DNA of 43,931 nucleotides, the filler included, from Sphacelaria rigidula (Eukaryota), in the NCBI GenBank assembly GCA_964200075.2. It is 2 parts of 2 records of this genome, joined end to end, with 100 filler letters (N's around TTAATTAATTAA, not from the genome) between each part and the next. Parts side by side here need not be neighbours in the genome. Positions count along the whole stretch, not along the records: positions 22,034 to 43,931 come from CAXNAA020000376.1; 1 more part is not named here. One strand, written 5' to 3'. Positions 23,195 through 34,785 of the stretch are shown here, piece after piece. Every line of letters starts with the position of its first letter. Position 1 is the first letter of the stretch. The position numbers were made by a program, and so were the translations under genes. The notes below the pieces were generated by a model. It worked only from the letters and a program-made list of their open reading frames with translations, was not told the DNA's origin and ran no database searches.

Positions 23195-24629
23195 CTGAGT
23201 ACCCTGCTGCGGTGTCCGAACCTTCACGTGCTCCCCCGCTCGGCAATCCTTGGCGAAAAATGCATGAGGCACGTTTGGCACGTATCTGAATAATGTCTAT
23301 CCTGTACAGTACTACTGTACTATACCGTCCTGTATTGCACTGTACTGTACCGAGTTTTGCACTACATGGCGAAATCCACAAACACCCAGTCAGGGCTACT
23401 ACCGCCGGTGCTACATGCGCAGTACACGACTGCTACCCGGTGGAGCTCAGCAGGGTAGCACAGGGATAGGTGTGAGGCGTCGTGATCAGCGGTAGCTGTA
23501 TATGACCTACTGCATTGATCAGGCGGTGTTCGCTTGCCAGCAATGTGCCAGAAGGAGCGGGTAGCGATGTTTGTTCGTTTCCCGTGTGCTGTAAATGGGT
23601 TGACCTACGCCCTGTCGGGTTTGATTTAGGGTGGGTGTCTTGGCGTCTCCGTCTGCTCTAAAATCAAGTGAGTAACCCAACAAATATTCTGAGCTAGCAG
23701 CCAATACTCTGTTGGTCCTGAGTGAGGACGGGTAACGTGTGATGGCATCGGGTGACGTATTTTTCACGCAGGTTTCTCCCTGGGACTTCCCCACGACGTG
23801 AGTCATTTTGACCAACGACCACCCTTGGACGAGGGGTTTGGTCGCTGGTAGATCACGTTTGCTACAGGATTGACATGCTGTGCACGATGGGATGGGAAAC
23901 ATTCTCTTTCTCTCCTGTTTTTATGTACGCGTGAGACCCTTCTTGTAACTGGATAAAATTAGCACAAGGACATGAAGCGACCGGCAAATCACGGAAGAGC
24001 CTTTTGATTCTGATATATGTAGTTGACGCGCCAGAGCAAAACATATCAAGAAGGTCAGAATACTACTGCGCAAAGAAAGAATTTGGTAGTTCTAAGCTGG
24101 AGTTGTGTACGAAGAAAGGACCGAAAAACACCGTGGTTGCTTTCAATAAACATGGAACTGCAGCTTGACCGGCATACCTGACTCTGGAAAACCGTTCGGT
24201 GGCTGCCGTCATTCCTAGTTCGTTCAAGCTTCAAGGTGGACCGCCATGTGCGTCACGATTTGTTTTTTCAAGCAAAGAGTTAAGATCGTGCCCTCTCGGT
24301 ATGATCGCAACAGTACAGGGTTTCGAAAAAAAATTATTTGTCATGTCATAGTGCAAATATCTCGTGATCAGAGTGTAACAAAAATATTTCCCCCTCCGTC
24401 AAATGTGGCATCCCCTTAACTTTTTTTCGATGTGTTTCTTTTTATTTATTCTGCACTCTGATTCCGAGATATTCGCACTCTGAAATGGCGAAAAAAAGCG
24501 TTTCCCGAAAATCTCAAATCGCAGTTACTGTGTCGTATGACATCATTGTCTCCCCGTCCTTGTTTCGTCCATCGTGGTTTTGTTTTTACGTCCGAAAAAT
24601 GAAGAGAGGTTGAACAATCCCGTAAGAGA

Positions 24630-24716
24630 ATGGAGGACGTTCTCAGCGACGAGTTCCGCGAACGCCGGAGGCAAAATCAGTCGCTGATGAAAGAAAAGGA
24701 ACAGCGGAACTGGGAG
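24630..24716 (+). CDS. Putative first exon of the long + strand gene
   Basis: MEDVLSDEFRERRRQNQSLMKEKEQRNWE followed by donor gtacgg. Confidence 0.55.
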
Positions 24717-25228
24717 GTACGGACGATATGAACGGCTAACTGTTTCGGCGTTGGACTAATGCTAAATAAAAATCGGATATTATCGCCCCGATTTCGTAAC
24801 AAGGTGTCCTCTATCCGATTTCGCCGGGTGGACGACCCGCGTACGCATTGATAGTAACGATAAACGCCTCTCTACCTATATTCGTAGAGCGAAACGCCGC
24901 GCTTCACGTCCCTGAAACTCAGCATGTTTCAAGGAAAAGAAATGGACACCCGTACACGTCGCCATTTAATTTCAGCAGCCCATCTCAGCCGTCTGATTTC
25001 TATACGCACATGAGTCACATTGAGTCTGAAGGTGTGCGCTCTTGGTGCCCAGTACTGAGGAGTAGCAGAATATAATAGTTGCAGTTGATGTTTCGCAGGT
25101 GTTTAGACAGGAACCTGTCATTTACGCAAGCGGAGACGCGTAGTACGATATCCTACGTAGTCTTGGGCTACGCTGTTTTCCTTACAATTACATTGGCATA
25201 TTCGATGTCGTGCTGTCCCGACGTTCAG

Positions 25229-25296
25229 CTTCTTGCCGAAGGGCTGTGTTTCTTCGATGTGCACTTTCTTGGCGTGATGGAACAAGAAGCGACGAA
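25229..25296 (+). CDS. Putative exon 2
   Basis: cag|LLAEGLCFFDVHFLGVMEQEAT|gtaggc; phase 0 matches exon 1. Confidence 0.5.
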
Positions 25297-27235
25297 GTAG
25301 GCGCTCAGATTGCCGTTTCGCGGCACGAAACGCTTGGATTATGTTGCATTTGTCTCATGGTACCTATCTGCTCGTGTCGATTTTGCACCCGTAGATGTCT
25401 TGACAGTGTTTTACGCCTCGGACGACAAATAGGTCGTCCACGCCTACGCGTGTCTTCTCTACACCGCGAGCATATTTGACACGCTGGATAATGACAATGG
25501 AATGTTACATCGTCAAAAATGTACTGCGTACAGTATCGACTATTGCATCTATTGTAGTAGGCAATATATTCCATACTGTACGCAGTACACTTTTTGACGA
25601 CGTAATCTTTTGTCCAGGGTGTGATATATTTCACCCTTCCTACGCCGACTCAAAATTATCCGTATGTTGCATACTGTACATTATGACACTTGAGATGCTG
25701 CGAGTTTGTTTCAGTCTGGAGTGCATTTCCCACACACAATAGTGTTCAGAGGGGTATATTTAGCTGCATATTACAACGTTACACGCCTTTGCTGGGCTTG
25801 CCGACCGTACGTATGCAAAGGCTGTCCAACATGTACATAAAGCATCAACACCTTGTGTATATCGTGACGGACCCACAGCACACCGAAGCGTGGAACATTG
25901 AAATATGCGCGTAACCGTACACCCTTTGGCCGCCAGCAGTAGTCTGTAGTTCTGACCCAGCCGACCAACTATTCGGTCAATGCAGATTGCGATCAAGCTG
26001 TATGAATGATGCACGGTATCTCATTTTTCGGTCAGACAACACCCGTTGAAAAAGCTACAAAACTGTGCGTTTCACCAAAAGCGGCTCCGTTTTTCGCTAC
26101 TTTCCCATCGTGACGGACACCTTCCCCTGTCGCCCGATGCTGTCGGGTTGCACAACAGCCGTTGAAAATACTCCTCCATGAGTAGTAGAGGTTACTCTGT
26201 CCGTTGTGCAGGTCGTGAATAGTCCTTTTTACCAGGTCAAAGCCGCAGACAAGTGGGGAAGAGTGCTCCATCCGAATAAGACCATCGTGGGATCTGAATT
26301 TGATCCACCAACTCCCCAACACGCGGCCTGCACAGGATCGACAGACAGAGCAGTCTATTTCGGTGCACATGCAAGTATCACTATTTCAGATATTATTCTT
26401 GTCCGTTCGACTGTTTTGTTCTGTCGTTGCCCGTGGGAATGAATAATAGATGCATCAGTTGACAAGAACCGTTAGCAGACTGGAGGCGGGGTTGCTCGCT
26501 TTCCGGCGCGATCTGACCAACGAACGTCGGATGCACCATCACGCCATAGCGTAAGGGGGCAAACATCACATGGACGGCAGCCGAGTAGTACCTGTTTGAA
26601 ACGATTTATCGGAAAACTTTCGAAATTCTAGGTAGTTGCTACAAGTACGGAAATACGCAAGGGTTAGAATATGAAAGGGCCGAGAGTGAGTGGAAGTGGC
26701 GAAACCCAGATGTAGCAGTGCAGCCAAGATACATGGAAGGTTGTGTTTACATCCCTGGACATGATACCAAGTCTCCAAGTTAGTCGTTGTGCTCTTGTCC
26801 ACCAGCGATGTCAATGCAACATCCTATGACTCGATTTTTATTGACGCACTATTGCTCTCGCGGAGAAAAGCCTCACCTGGAAGAGTCTTTGCGGTCAAGT
26901 AGGCCAACGGTTGCATACCCCTTGTCGTGCTTGCTGTGCGGTATCTCAGCAGCGCACGTACTCGGAAAAAGACGACCGCAGGTAGATCCTGCTGCTCATC
27001 GTCTTGCTTTATGTCCCACTCATCGTTGTTGTAACCTGTCCGGACCTAAATACTTCACACATGTTCAGCCCGATTGCCGCAAAGCTCCACGTACGAAACA
27101 AGACAGAACAAACCTTGCAATGCCCCTTCCCCGCACCCCACCCCACTTCATATCGCTCACGCCCTCTCACCCCAAGAAGAAATACACGTGCCCACGTACA
27201 TACACACGCTCACACAATAAAAAAGGAAAACAAAG

Positions 27236-27811
27236 CGAGCCGAGGCCGTGATACGAGAGCTCGAGAAGGTAGCAACTCACGCCCTTGCCAACAACAACAA
27301 CCGCAACGAAAGCAGTGACGACCATAGCGAGCAGCAGCAGCAGCAGCAACAACAACAGCAACGACGACAACGTACGACAGCTTCGTGGGAAGAGCGGGGG
27401 GGGGCAGTGGAGAGTCGATTCATAAGGAGTACACCAAGGAGCCCTGTGTGTCACACCAAGTCTACCACCGTCTTTTCGGCTCATAACGAAGAGCTAGAAT
27501 CCGAAGTACTCGGACGAGGTGGGCAGGAACAGAGCTCCGAAGACGCGGCTGACACCGACAGCAACGAAGACCGACAAGAGGATGGGGCAGGAGGATGTAG
27601 CGAGCAGTCGGAGGCAGGACGCAAAGATGATCGTTTGTGCTTCAACTGTCGTGGGCCTTCGGCGGCCGAGCAATTGAAATACAAGAAGCACGAGCTGGTG
27701 GCGAGGACCAGTAGCACCGACGTGTGGAGTATGCTGGACGCGTATGTTCGTCGGCGGTCGGGCGTGGCTAGAGCCAAATGTCACGTCAAAGCTATCGAGG
27801 CCATGCGTGAG
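27236..27811 (+). CDS. Internal exon, low-complexity (polyN/polyQ, acidic) protein
   Basis: aag|RAEAVIRELEKV...KAIEAMRE|gtgtgg; 192 codons within the 258-aa ORF. Confidence 0.65.
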
Positions 27812-28527
27812 GTGTGGTGTGGCGATGGTGAAGTTGTTTTGTTCTGGGCGAGAAATCATGAAACGAGATCACAGTTTACATACAGCGTGCGTGTTGGCAT
27901 CGGCCTTCTTCTGTGTACCTACGGGGCATCGAATTGTCTCTCGAACAATTCTAGAACTCATTATTCACCTGTTTCTGTTGTAATATTCGAAAAGACGTCG
28001 ACAGCCTCCAAAATCATTCTCTAATGGGGCCTCACAGGCCTCCTGCTTCTCCTTGTTTGACCCTGATTCGTTTTGACGGAGACGTCGCGTGCGAAAACGT
28101 TCTTGATGGAATATCAACCGTCCGCAGGATTTCGAGACTAAAACAGTTGTCCGCAGAGGGTTGGTGCGAAATTCGTTTTTGAATCACATTTTGCTTTTTT
28201 CGATGCTGTTATCGTCGTCGTCGTCGTCGACGTCGTAGTCGTTGTCGTAATCGTTGTTGTTGTTCTGTGTGGTGGTGGTGGTGGTGGCGACGGCGGCGAT
28301 GGGGGTGTTTTCTAGGGTGATGCTCGCTCGCCTCTATCATCGCAGGGAACCACGCATGCCTTACACTCTGAAGCAAAATGTAGGTATCCACGTGTGCTTG
28401 GTGCCCGGCTAGTAGGAAAGAGCACCGTGGGCTCGTGCACGCAACGTTTTGGCATGTTTGTATATCTCCAAGTGTTGTACGTTGGATTGGGTTGGACTCT
28501 TAGCCACATGAAATAGTACGTAGAAGT

Positions 28528-29095
28528 GAGTCATGCTACGATAGAGGAGAGGGATGTACTCATGATCATGCATGACAAAGTCATAAAACCATTGACCTCG
28601 CATCCCTACATTGCCGGGACGGAGCACGCTGGGTTTCGCCGGACCAGGCATGCATTCAAACCACCAAGCGCGAAGCACCGTGGTGTGTTGTTCGGCGAGT
28701 CGCATGAAGGGTGAGCTACATCCTGCTAAGATTGTTCGGCTCGAAGCCTACTGATTATCTTGCATTTGGATGAGAGCCAACAACGAGTTGCTTTATTTTG
28801 TGTTATCGCCACTCCCAGAGACAGCCACAGCTTTTACACTGCTTCATGGGTGTCTAATCGGTGGGGGGGGGGAGGGGGTGATTCCACGAAAGAAAGGGAT
28901 CATAGGTGTGTCAGACGGTCTAACACACTCGCAGTGCGCTTGTATTTGGGTAAAATATGTCAAGCAGTATGAATGAGGGTTATTTATCGGTAACGGGCGC
29001 GTTCAATTAACCTTTACTGCTTTCAACGACGATTTGGAATGGAGGTTCGTGGAAGAAATGACCGAAAATCTCCTCCCTCTATCGTAGTATGACTC
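28528..29095. mobile_element. GAG-terminal MITE copy with nested SINE B (intronic)
   Basis: TIR GAGTCATGCTACGATAGAGG / CCTCTATCGTAGTATGACTC; flanks AAGT/CAGT (3 of 4 match). Confidence 0.75.
28556..28748 (-). mobile_element. SINE family B, 3' part
   Basis: Reverse complement matches 13408-13600 and ends ...CATGAGTACAT next to the MITE G/C tract. Confidence 0.8.
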
Positions 29096-29200
29096 CAGTA
29101 CCGCTAAGGATTTACCCTCGACTCGGGAAAAAAAAACACAATGTAACAGTCGACGAACTGCTGACCGCTGACATAACATTTCTTGTATCTCCTTGAACAG

Positions 29201-29309
29201 CACCTGGCAAAGACGACCACATTGAAACCAGGAGGACAACCGGCCCATGCAATAACGACGGCGGCGACAACACCAACGGCAATAGCAACAGCAACACGAA
29301 TAGCAGCAG
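29201..29309 (+). CDS. Putative internal exon
   Basis: cag|..PGKDDHIETRRTTGPCNNDGGDNTNGNSNSNTNSS|gtttga joins in frame to the exon at 30313. Confidence 0.5.
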
Positions 29310-29446
29310 GTTTGAGGATGACTGTCGGAGTGGGAGTGGGAGTGGGAGTGGAAGGGGGGGGGGGGGGGGGGGGGGGGCGAAGAAAAAAAGGAACATGACA
29401 CAAGGGGTGTATTTTCCCCCCCAAAACCCCAGGGGGNNNNNNNNNN

Positions 29447-29517
<71 letters not shown>

Positions 29518-30312
29518 GGACGCAGGAAACAAGGCACATGACACCAATGGTGTCGTATACTCCCCGTAAACCCGACGGGGATAGTGTTGATCACACTTGC
29601 AGGCTGCCTGCAACACCAGGATGCCCTCTGTCACTGAGAAGGCTGCGTTTTCGTGTATCGTGCCCCATACTTCGTCCCAAGACCCGATGTAAGGCGAGGG
29701 GGGAGAGGGGAGTATTTGTAGAATGAGGTTTTTCAATAACATGGTTTCATGAGAGAGGGGATACCGTATGTATGCGCAAAAAGGTATTACAGTTTAACCT
29801 GGCGATCGCTGTGCATTCGTAGCTCTAGCGGTCGACAGAGACGCAAGTGAAGTGGCGGTAAGTTTTCTGATTGACCGAAGAACAAGACTGTCACCAACAC
29901 ACCAGAATCCACTGCGTGGCGTCCTCCATGCCCACAAATCCCTCCGAGCAAAAGTCCATGGATGGCATTCTCCATGGATGGCATTAGCCATCGATCAACG
30001 AATAGTGACCAATCAGATCTCAAGGATTTGTTTCTGACCAATCAGAAAACTGCGCGCCACTTTACTTTCTGTCAGTGATTGTGCGGCGTTTACTTCTCCC
30101 CTCCTCGATACTACAGCTACCTTGTATCCGACATACTGTGTATACGCATACGATGGAATGAGGGAACCCACCAAATGCCTAGTCCGCGTTGCCTGCTTTG
30201 TCCCGCCCCCTTTCATGTATCGTACACATACGCGGCGACTGGTTTCGCGGAAAAACAAACACCCTGGTTCATCAGTGATCGAAGGGCGGAAAGGCGAAAC
30301 AAAACCTAGCAG

Positions 30313-30712
30313 GTGTAACAGTAGCAACGACAACAATAGCGGAGGGGTGTTCGCAAGGGCCTCTGTCGATGTCGTTGCCAGCACCGAAGCTTCGTGGAGA
30401 GCTAGCGCCGCTGCAACTCAAGGAGCGAGAGCAGTCGTAGTAGGCAACGCGGGAGGAGGTGTTGCGAGGTCGAGAAGACACGAGGGACGGAATAGTGACT
30501 GTAATAGCGTCGATGGCAGGAGGCGAAACAAGAAACGGGGCAGGCGCGGACTCATGTCTAGGCCCGATGAGTCGACCAAATCGTCCATGCGTGGTGGGAA
30601 ACAGCAAACTGTCGATGCACCGCCGGCGTTGCACTGCATTCTCTCTGACCGGCGGCCACCTCGAGTCTCAGAGGAAGCCTCGCACGGTAACTCCGTGTCA
30701 ACTCTGTCCCAG
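30313..30712 (+). CDS. Internal exon, Ser/Arg/Gly-rich
   Basis: cag|CNSSNDNN...VSTLSQ|gtacgt; phase 0 end matches the next exon. Confidence 0.65.
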
Positions 30713-30844
30713 GTACGTGATAGGTCGTCGTGTTGCAGTGCAAATGCGCTTATTTTCTCCTCAGTGATCGCTGTCGTGTACGTTGTGGTGTAGCGAAATA
30801 TGCGCCACTTTCGTCAACAGTCGAGGGGGAAGGGGGGAGGGGAG

Positions 30845-30912
30845 GTGCTCATTTGCTGCTTACCTTAGACATTTGACCATTGGCCACGCAACCCTTTCGA
30901 GACGGAGAGGGC
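30845..30912 (-). mobile_element. Very short 3' end of the RTEX-like LINE
   Basis: Reverse complement ...CGAAAGGGTTGCGTGGCCAATGGTCAAATG...GCAAATGAGCAC followed by a C-tract. Confidence 0.7.
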
Positions 30913-32201
30913 GAAGCGGCGTATTCTTTTCTTGTTTGCTATCTTGTTGCTCTTCTTTGATTTACTCTCTCGGTGTTATGTTTCCGTTGGTCGGTTCGTT
31001 CACGTTATTCACTTCTGTGTCCACAAGACTGATACCACAATCATAACCCTTCCCCAAACCGGCCCCAAAACTGTCTCGGTTAACTAGCCTTTTATCACTT
31101 TGATATAAATGTAAATTTTGCTTCCTCAACCCAGCCACTTACTGGAGGTAGCTGTCGCGGCATCAGCCACACGTAACGCACGTCAGTTGGTCCTTTTCCA
31201 ATTGCTTGGTCCCGGAAAAGGCGCACCCGTACAGCCAAACATATAAAATCAATACATTGTCGACATGCAATTGAATTTGTCCTCTGTGTCCGCTCCCCCT
31301 GGGCTCATCAAAACGTCCACGAAAACAAAATCCACGGCCGTTCACTCAAAACTGTTCGGCGTGAAAAAAACCCATCGGACTTTGTAAAAGTGATGTATGT
31401 TCCAAGGTAAATGACATCTATCATTACTACTATTATCGTGGATTTCTCCAGACTTGAAACAAGGGGTGCAACCGTTCTATCGCGGCAAACAAAAAGCAAA
31501 CGTCTCGATTTTCGATGTGCTGCGCTTTGTTTCTCTGCGCCCACTCCGGTGACGACACGCTACGGAAGGCCACACCACGGAAATCTTTCGTCCGTACTTT
31601 GAGATAATTGTAACATGCACCATTGGATCGCCGCGCCCAGATGATCTAACTTGGTCCAGCTGGCACAAATGTCATCACTTATGGTGGAAACATATGGGCT
31701 CGAATGCGGGGAGATATATGCAGTTTCCTTGCCTTCTGGCAAATACCCGATATTCGTCGTTAAAGACGTGAAGACATCAGTAGTGAGGAGGGTTCATGTC
31801 ACGAGAACCGATCAGGTGCGGGAGTGCTGCTTCAATCCGCGCTACCAAAATGTGACGCGTGTACCTTGGGAGATATGGATTGGTTCCTTCAGACCATTCG
31901 ACGGCGGACCCATGTCGAGGAACGGGAGAGGTTGAACGTGTGAGGGAAGGGGAAAGCACTATCGTAGCCGATCTCATTTCTTCAAGCTGCTGATGAAAAA
32001 ATACGAAATATACTGTAATTACCATCCTCAGTAAAGCCTGTGACGTGGGACAACTGTCAGGGTCGCCTCTTACCCTTCCTTCTCATCAAGCGTATCTTAT
32101 ACTGTACACCGTATCAGTGTGCCTTTTATTTACAACAAGAAAAAAAAAAGCTTGAATTCCATGAATTGCACAGTCACTCGTGTCCTCGTTGCTCCCACAA
32201 G

Positions 32202-33161
32202 GTGACCTCCATCGTGACCTCGACCGGCATGTGGGAAGGAGGAACAAAAGGGGGAGAAGGAGGACGACGAGGCTCGTCTTCTCCCAAAGACACTAGCTAC
32301 ACCAATACTCGCACGATCAAAAGCCAGCACCCGGAGGCAACATCACGCCATGCTTTACTTCCAACACGGCGCGTCATACTTCCCATCGTGCAGGGTTCTC
32401 AGGGTCCTCGGGACACGAGCTCTTGTGTGGGTGGTGAGGGGGCGTCGGGACGAGAGTATGGTGACAACCGGAATGACCTGGCCGAACCGACACCTCGTCA
32501 ACATGGCTGTGGCAGTCGTCATACACCACCCGTAATCATGGCAACAAGATTGAAACCAAAGGCGACTTCAGCGACGGGGACAGCACCAACAACAGCAGCA
32601 ACAACAACGACAGCAGCGGCGTCGTTACCTGCGATTTTGCCATTGTCCTGCACGATCTCCACCTATCGCAATGACAACCACGAAAACAACAGCAACAATG
32701 GAAACAATGACAACAGCAACGGCATCGGTAGCGGCGGGATTACAACAAAAAACACAGATGATATATCGACGATAAGTGGTTGTTCCGCTGTTGTTGTGCG
32801 CTCTCCCTCCTCTACTACTTGCAAGGCAGCTCCTGCTGCCGAAGCTTACCGGAATGTTTGCAATACTACCCATGCTTCTTGGGGACGAATAGCAAAGCCG
32901 AGAAAGGAAGCAGCCTCAAGAGTAGTCAACTACTCGTCGGGGCGAAGTCGGGGAATACACGAGTATTCTACGAAAGGCCGCGCCACCGAAAGAGGAGAGG
33001 GCTCGTCACCGTATCCACCCGCCATCAGTAGTAAGCGCAATTGGGCGGGGATTCGGGGTGGGGGAGTGCACCGGAGAAGCAGGCGCACCCAGATGTTTGT
33101 CAAGGCTGAGCTTAGTGACTGGATCAAGACCAACACGAACCTCGTCAACGTGTGCCCGTGA
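32202..33161 (+). CDS. Large 3' exon, low-complexity (Thr/Ser/Asn/Gly-rich)
   Basis: aag|VTSIVTSTG...KAELSDWIKTNTNLVNVCP*; may instead splice at gtgtgc to a final exon near 33509-33544. Confidence 0.6.
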   Translation: MTSIVTSTGMWEGGTKGGEGGRRGSSSPKDTSYTNTRTIKSQHPEATSRHALLPTRRVILPIVQGSQGPRDTSSCVGGEGASGREYGDNRNDLAEPTPRQHGCGSRHTPPVIMATRLKPKATSATGTAPTTAATTTTAAASLPAILPLSCTISTYRNDNHENNSNNGNNDNSNGIGSGGITTKNTDDISTISGCSAVVVRSPSSTTCKAAPAAEAYRNVCNTTHASWGRIAKPRKEAASRVVNYSSGRSRGIHEYSTKGRATERGEGSSPYPPAISSKRNWAGIRGGGVHRRSRRTQMFVKAELSDWIKTNTNLVNVCP

Positions 33162-33789
33162 TGAACAGTTTTCTTTTTATCATAGTGCTGAGAGGGAGTA
33201 CCAGCATGGTGTGCCGCTGCCTGCAGCGTGCATCTTTTTCGAAATACAACGAGTAAATGATTTTTTTGTTACTTTTTACGGGGGTTGCTTGTTTCCTCCG
33301 GACCGTTCGTCGTCCGGCCGGCGGCTGTTGTTAGCTGATGATCTTCGTTGCTCATCTCCTTTCGCGCGTTATCTTTTCGTCTGTCTTTCAAACGTTCTTG
33401 TTCTTGTTGGTGCTTTTTTTTTGCGTGGTGTTGTTTGTCTTAGTCGCTTTGTGCTTTTTTTTGCTACCCGAGTTTCCTTTAGCGAGACTCTCCGTTTATT
33501 CTCCTCAGGTACGTATATTCACCTTGTTGTGGCCTCGAGGCTAGGGTATCAGCCCATCAGTAGAGCATGTGATACATTCATGTATGAAACCATCAAACAA
33601 CCGGCCTACCAAAAAATGCACCTCAGAGAAGATTTCCAAACACCACTCATCGTGCGGTTAAACTCCACGACATTACTACCATCATGTTTCCCGGAAAGTA
33701 AACGCAAGCGCAGAACCCCCCGGCTACCTGGTTGCCTAGCTTACGTAGTGAGTGATGTTTTACAGCGCCGTTACGAACCGACGCCAATC

Positions 33790-34048
33790 CCATGATAGAG
33801 GGGGAGAGGGGGAGAGGGGGGCTGACTCCACGAGAAAAAGGGCGCATAGGTGTGTCAGACGACCTACGACACTCGCGGTGTGCTTTTTGTATTTGGGTAA
33901 AAACCGTGTCAAGGAGTATGATTGAGCGTTACTCATCGGTAGCAAGCGCTTTTGAACAAATGTTGCCACTTTTAACGACGATTTGAAGTGGGATTTCGTG
34001 AAAAAGATAGCCTATACCCCCCCCGCCCCCGCTATCGCAGCATGACTC
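33790..34048. mobile_element. GAG-terminal MITE copy (left TIR eroded)
   Basis: Body homologous to 28860-29095; right TIR ...CTATCGCAGCATGACTC. Confidence 0.7.
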
Positions 34049-34785
34049 GTTTCCTTTTTGAAACTTCGCCCTGATGATGAGAGTTTCTCACAAATCCCTT
34101 CATATTTTTTTTATAGGGGGCTGGGTTACCTGAATGATGCAACTTTCGATCGAATCAGTTGATCCCAGGCATCAGCCTAAGCACTCCCACGCAAGTGCTC
34201 ATGGCCAGTATGATATGCCTTTTTAATTGCGTGCATGTCGTCGGCCCGATACTTGTGGGCGAAAAAAGAACATAATTTTTTTTCAATTTAATTGAACCTG
34301 CTTGCTGTACCGCACTAGGGGACACAATGACGTTGACAGAGTAATTCTTACGCGCATAAACGTTCGCCAGGCCTTTCCGCTTCATACGCATGGAATTTCT
34401 GCAGCAAACATGTATATCGATATACAGACATGTATTTCACCGACGGCATTTGTCGCAAACAAATATTCCAAGCACCGAGAACACTCTCTCCGGGGGAAAA
34501 ATATTTCTTCACTGCGATTTGAACGGGCACAACCAGAAACTCAGACACCAATACCCATGGAGCACGTGGTTCCGTTCCACGGCCGAGACCCGATGTAGGG
34601 GGCAGACGTCGAGGGGAAGACTTCTTGAAAATTGTGTTCGCGCATACCCCTCACCAAAAACTGATGATTCAATATAGGAGAAAAATGGTTCGTTGTTGTC
34701 AAATCTTGAGCCTAACCCTAACTTAATTGCCGACCCGAGGCAGACATTGAGGACCCTCGGGCGATGGGGGGGGGGGGTTAGGGGG

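Noticed and set aside
23400..24330. Minus-strand ORF fragments resembling a transposase
   Set aside because: No recognisable catalytic motif or termini
29354..29580. Long poly-G and polyproline ORFs on the minus strand
   Set aside because: Contains Ns, and a degraded duplicate of the flank (ACATGACAC...CCCC..AAACCC) sits on both sides; likely a sequencing or assembly artefact
29955..30050. Twin TGACCAATCAGA (CCAAT boxes) and twin CCATGGATGGCATT
   Set aside because: Intronic, with no associated start site; more likely a repeat fragment than a promoter
34705..34785. Telomere-like CCCTAA/TTAGGG units near the LINE 3' end
   Set aside because: Only 2-3 scattered units in opposite orientations; too few to claim telomere targeting
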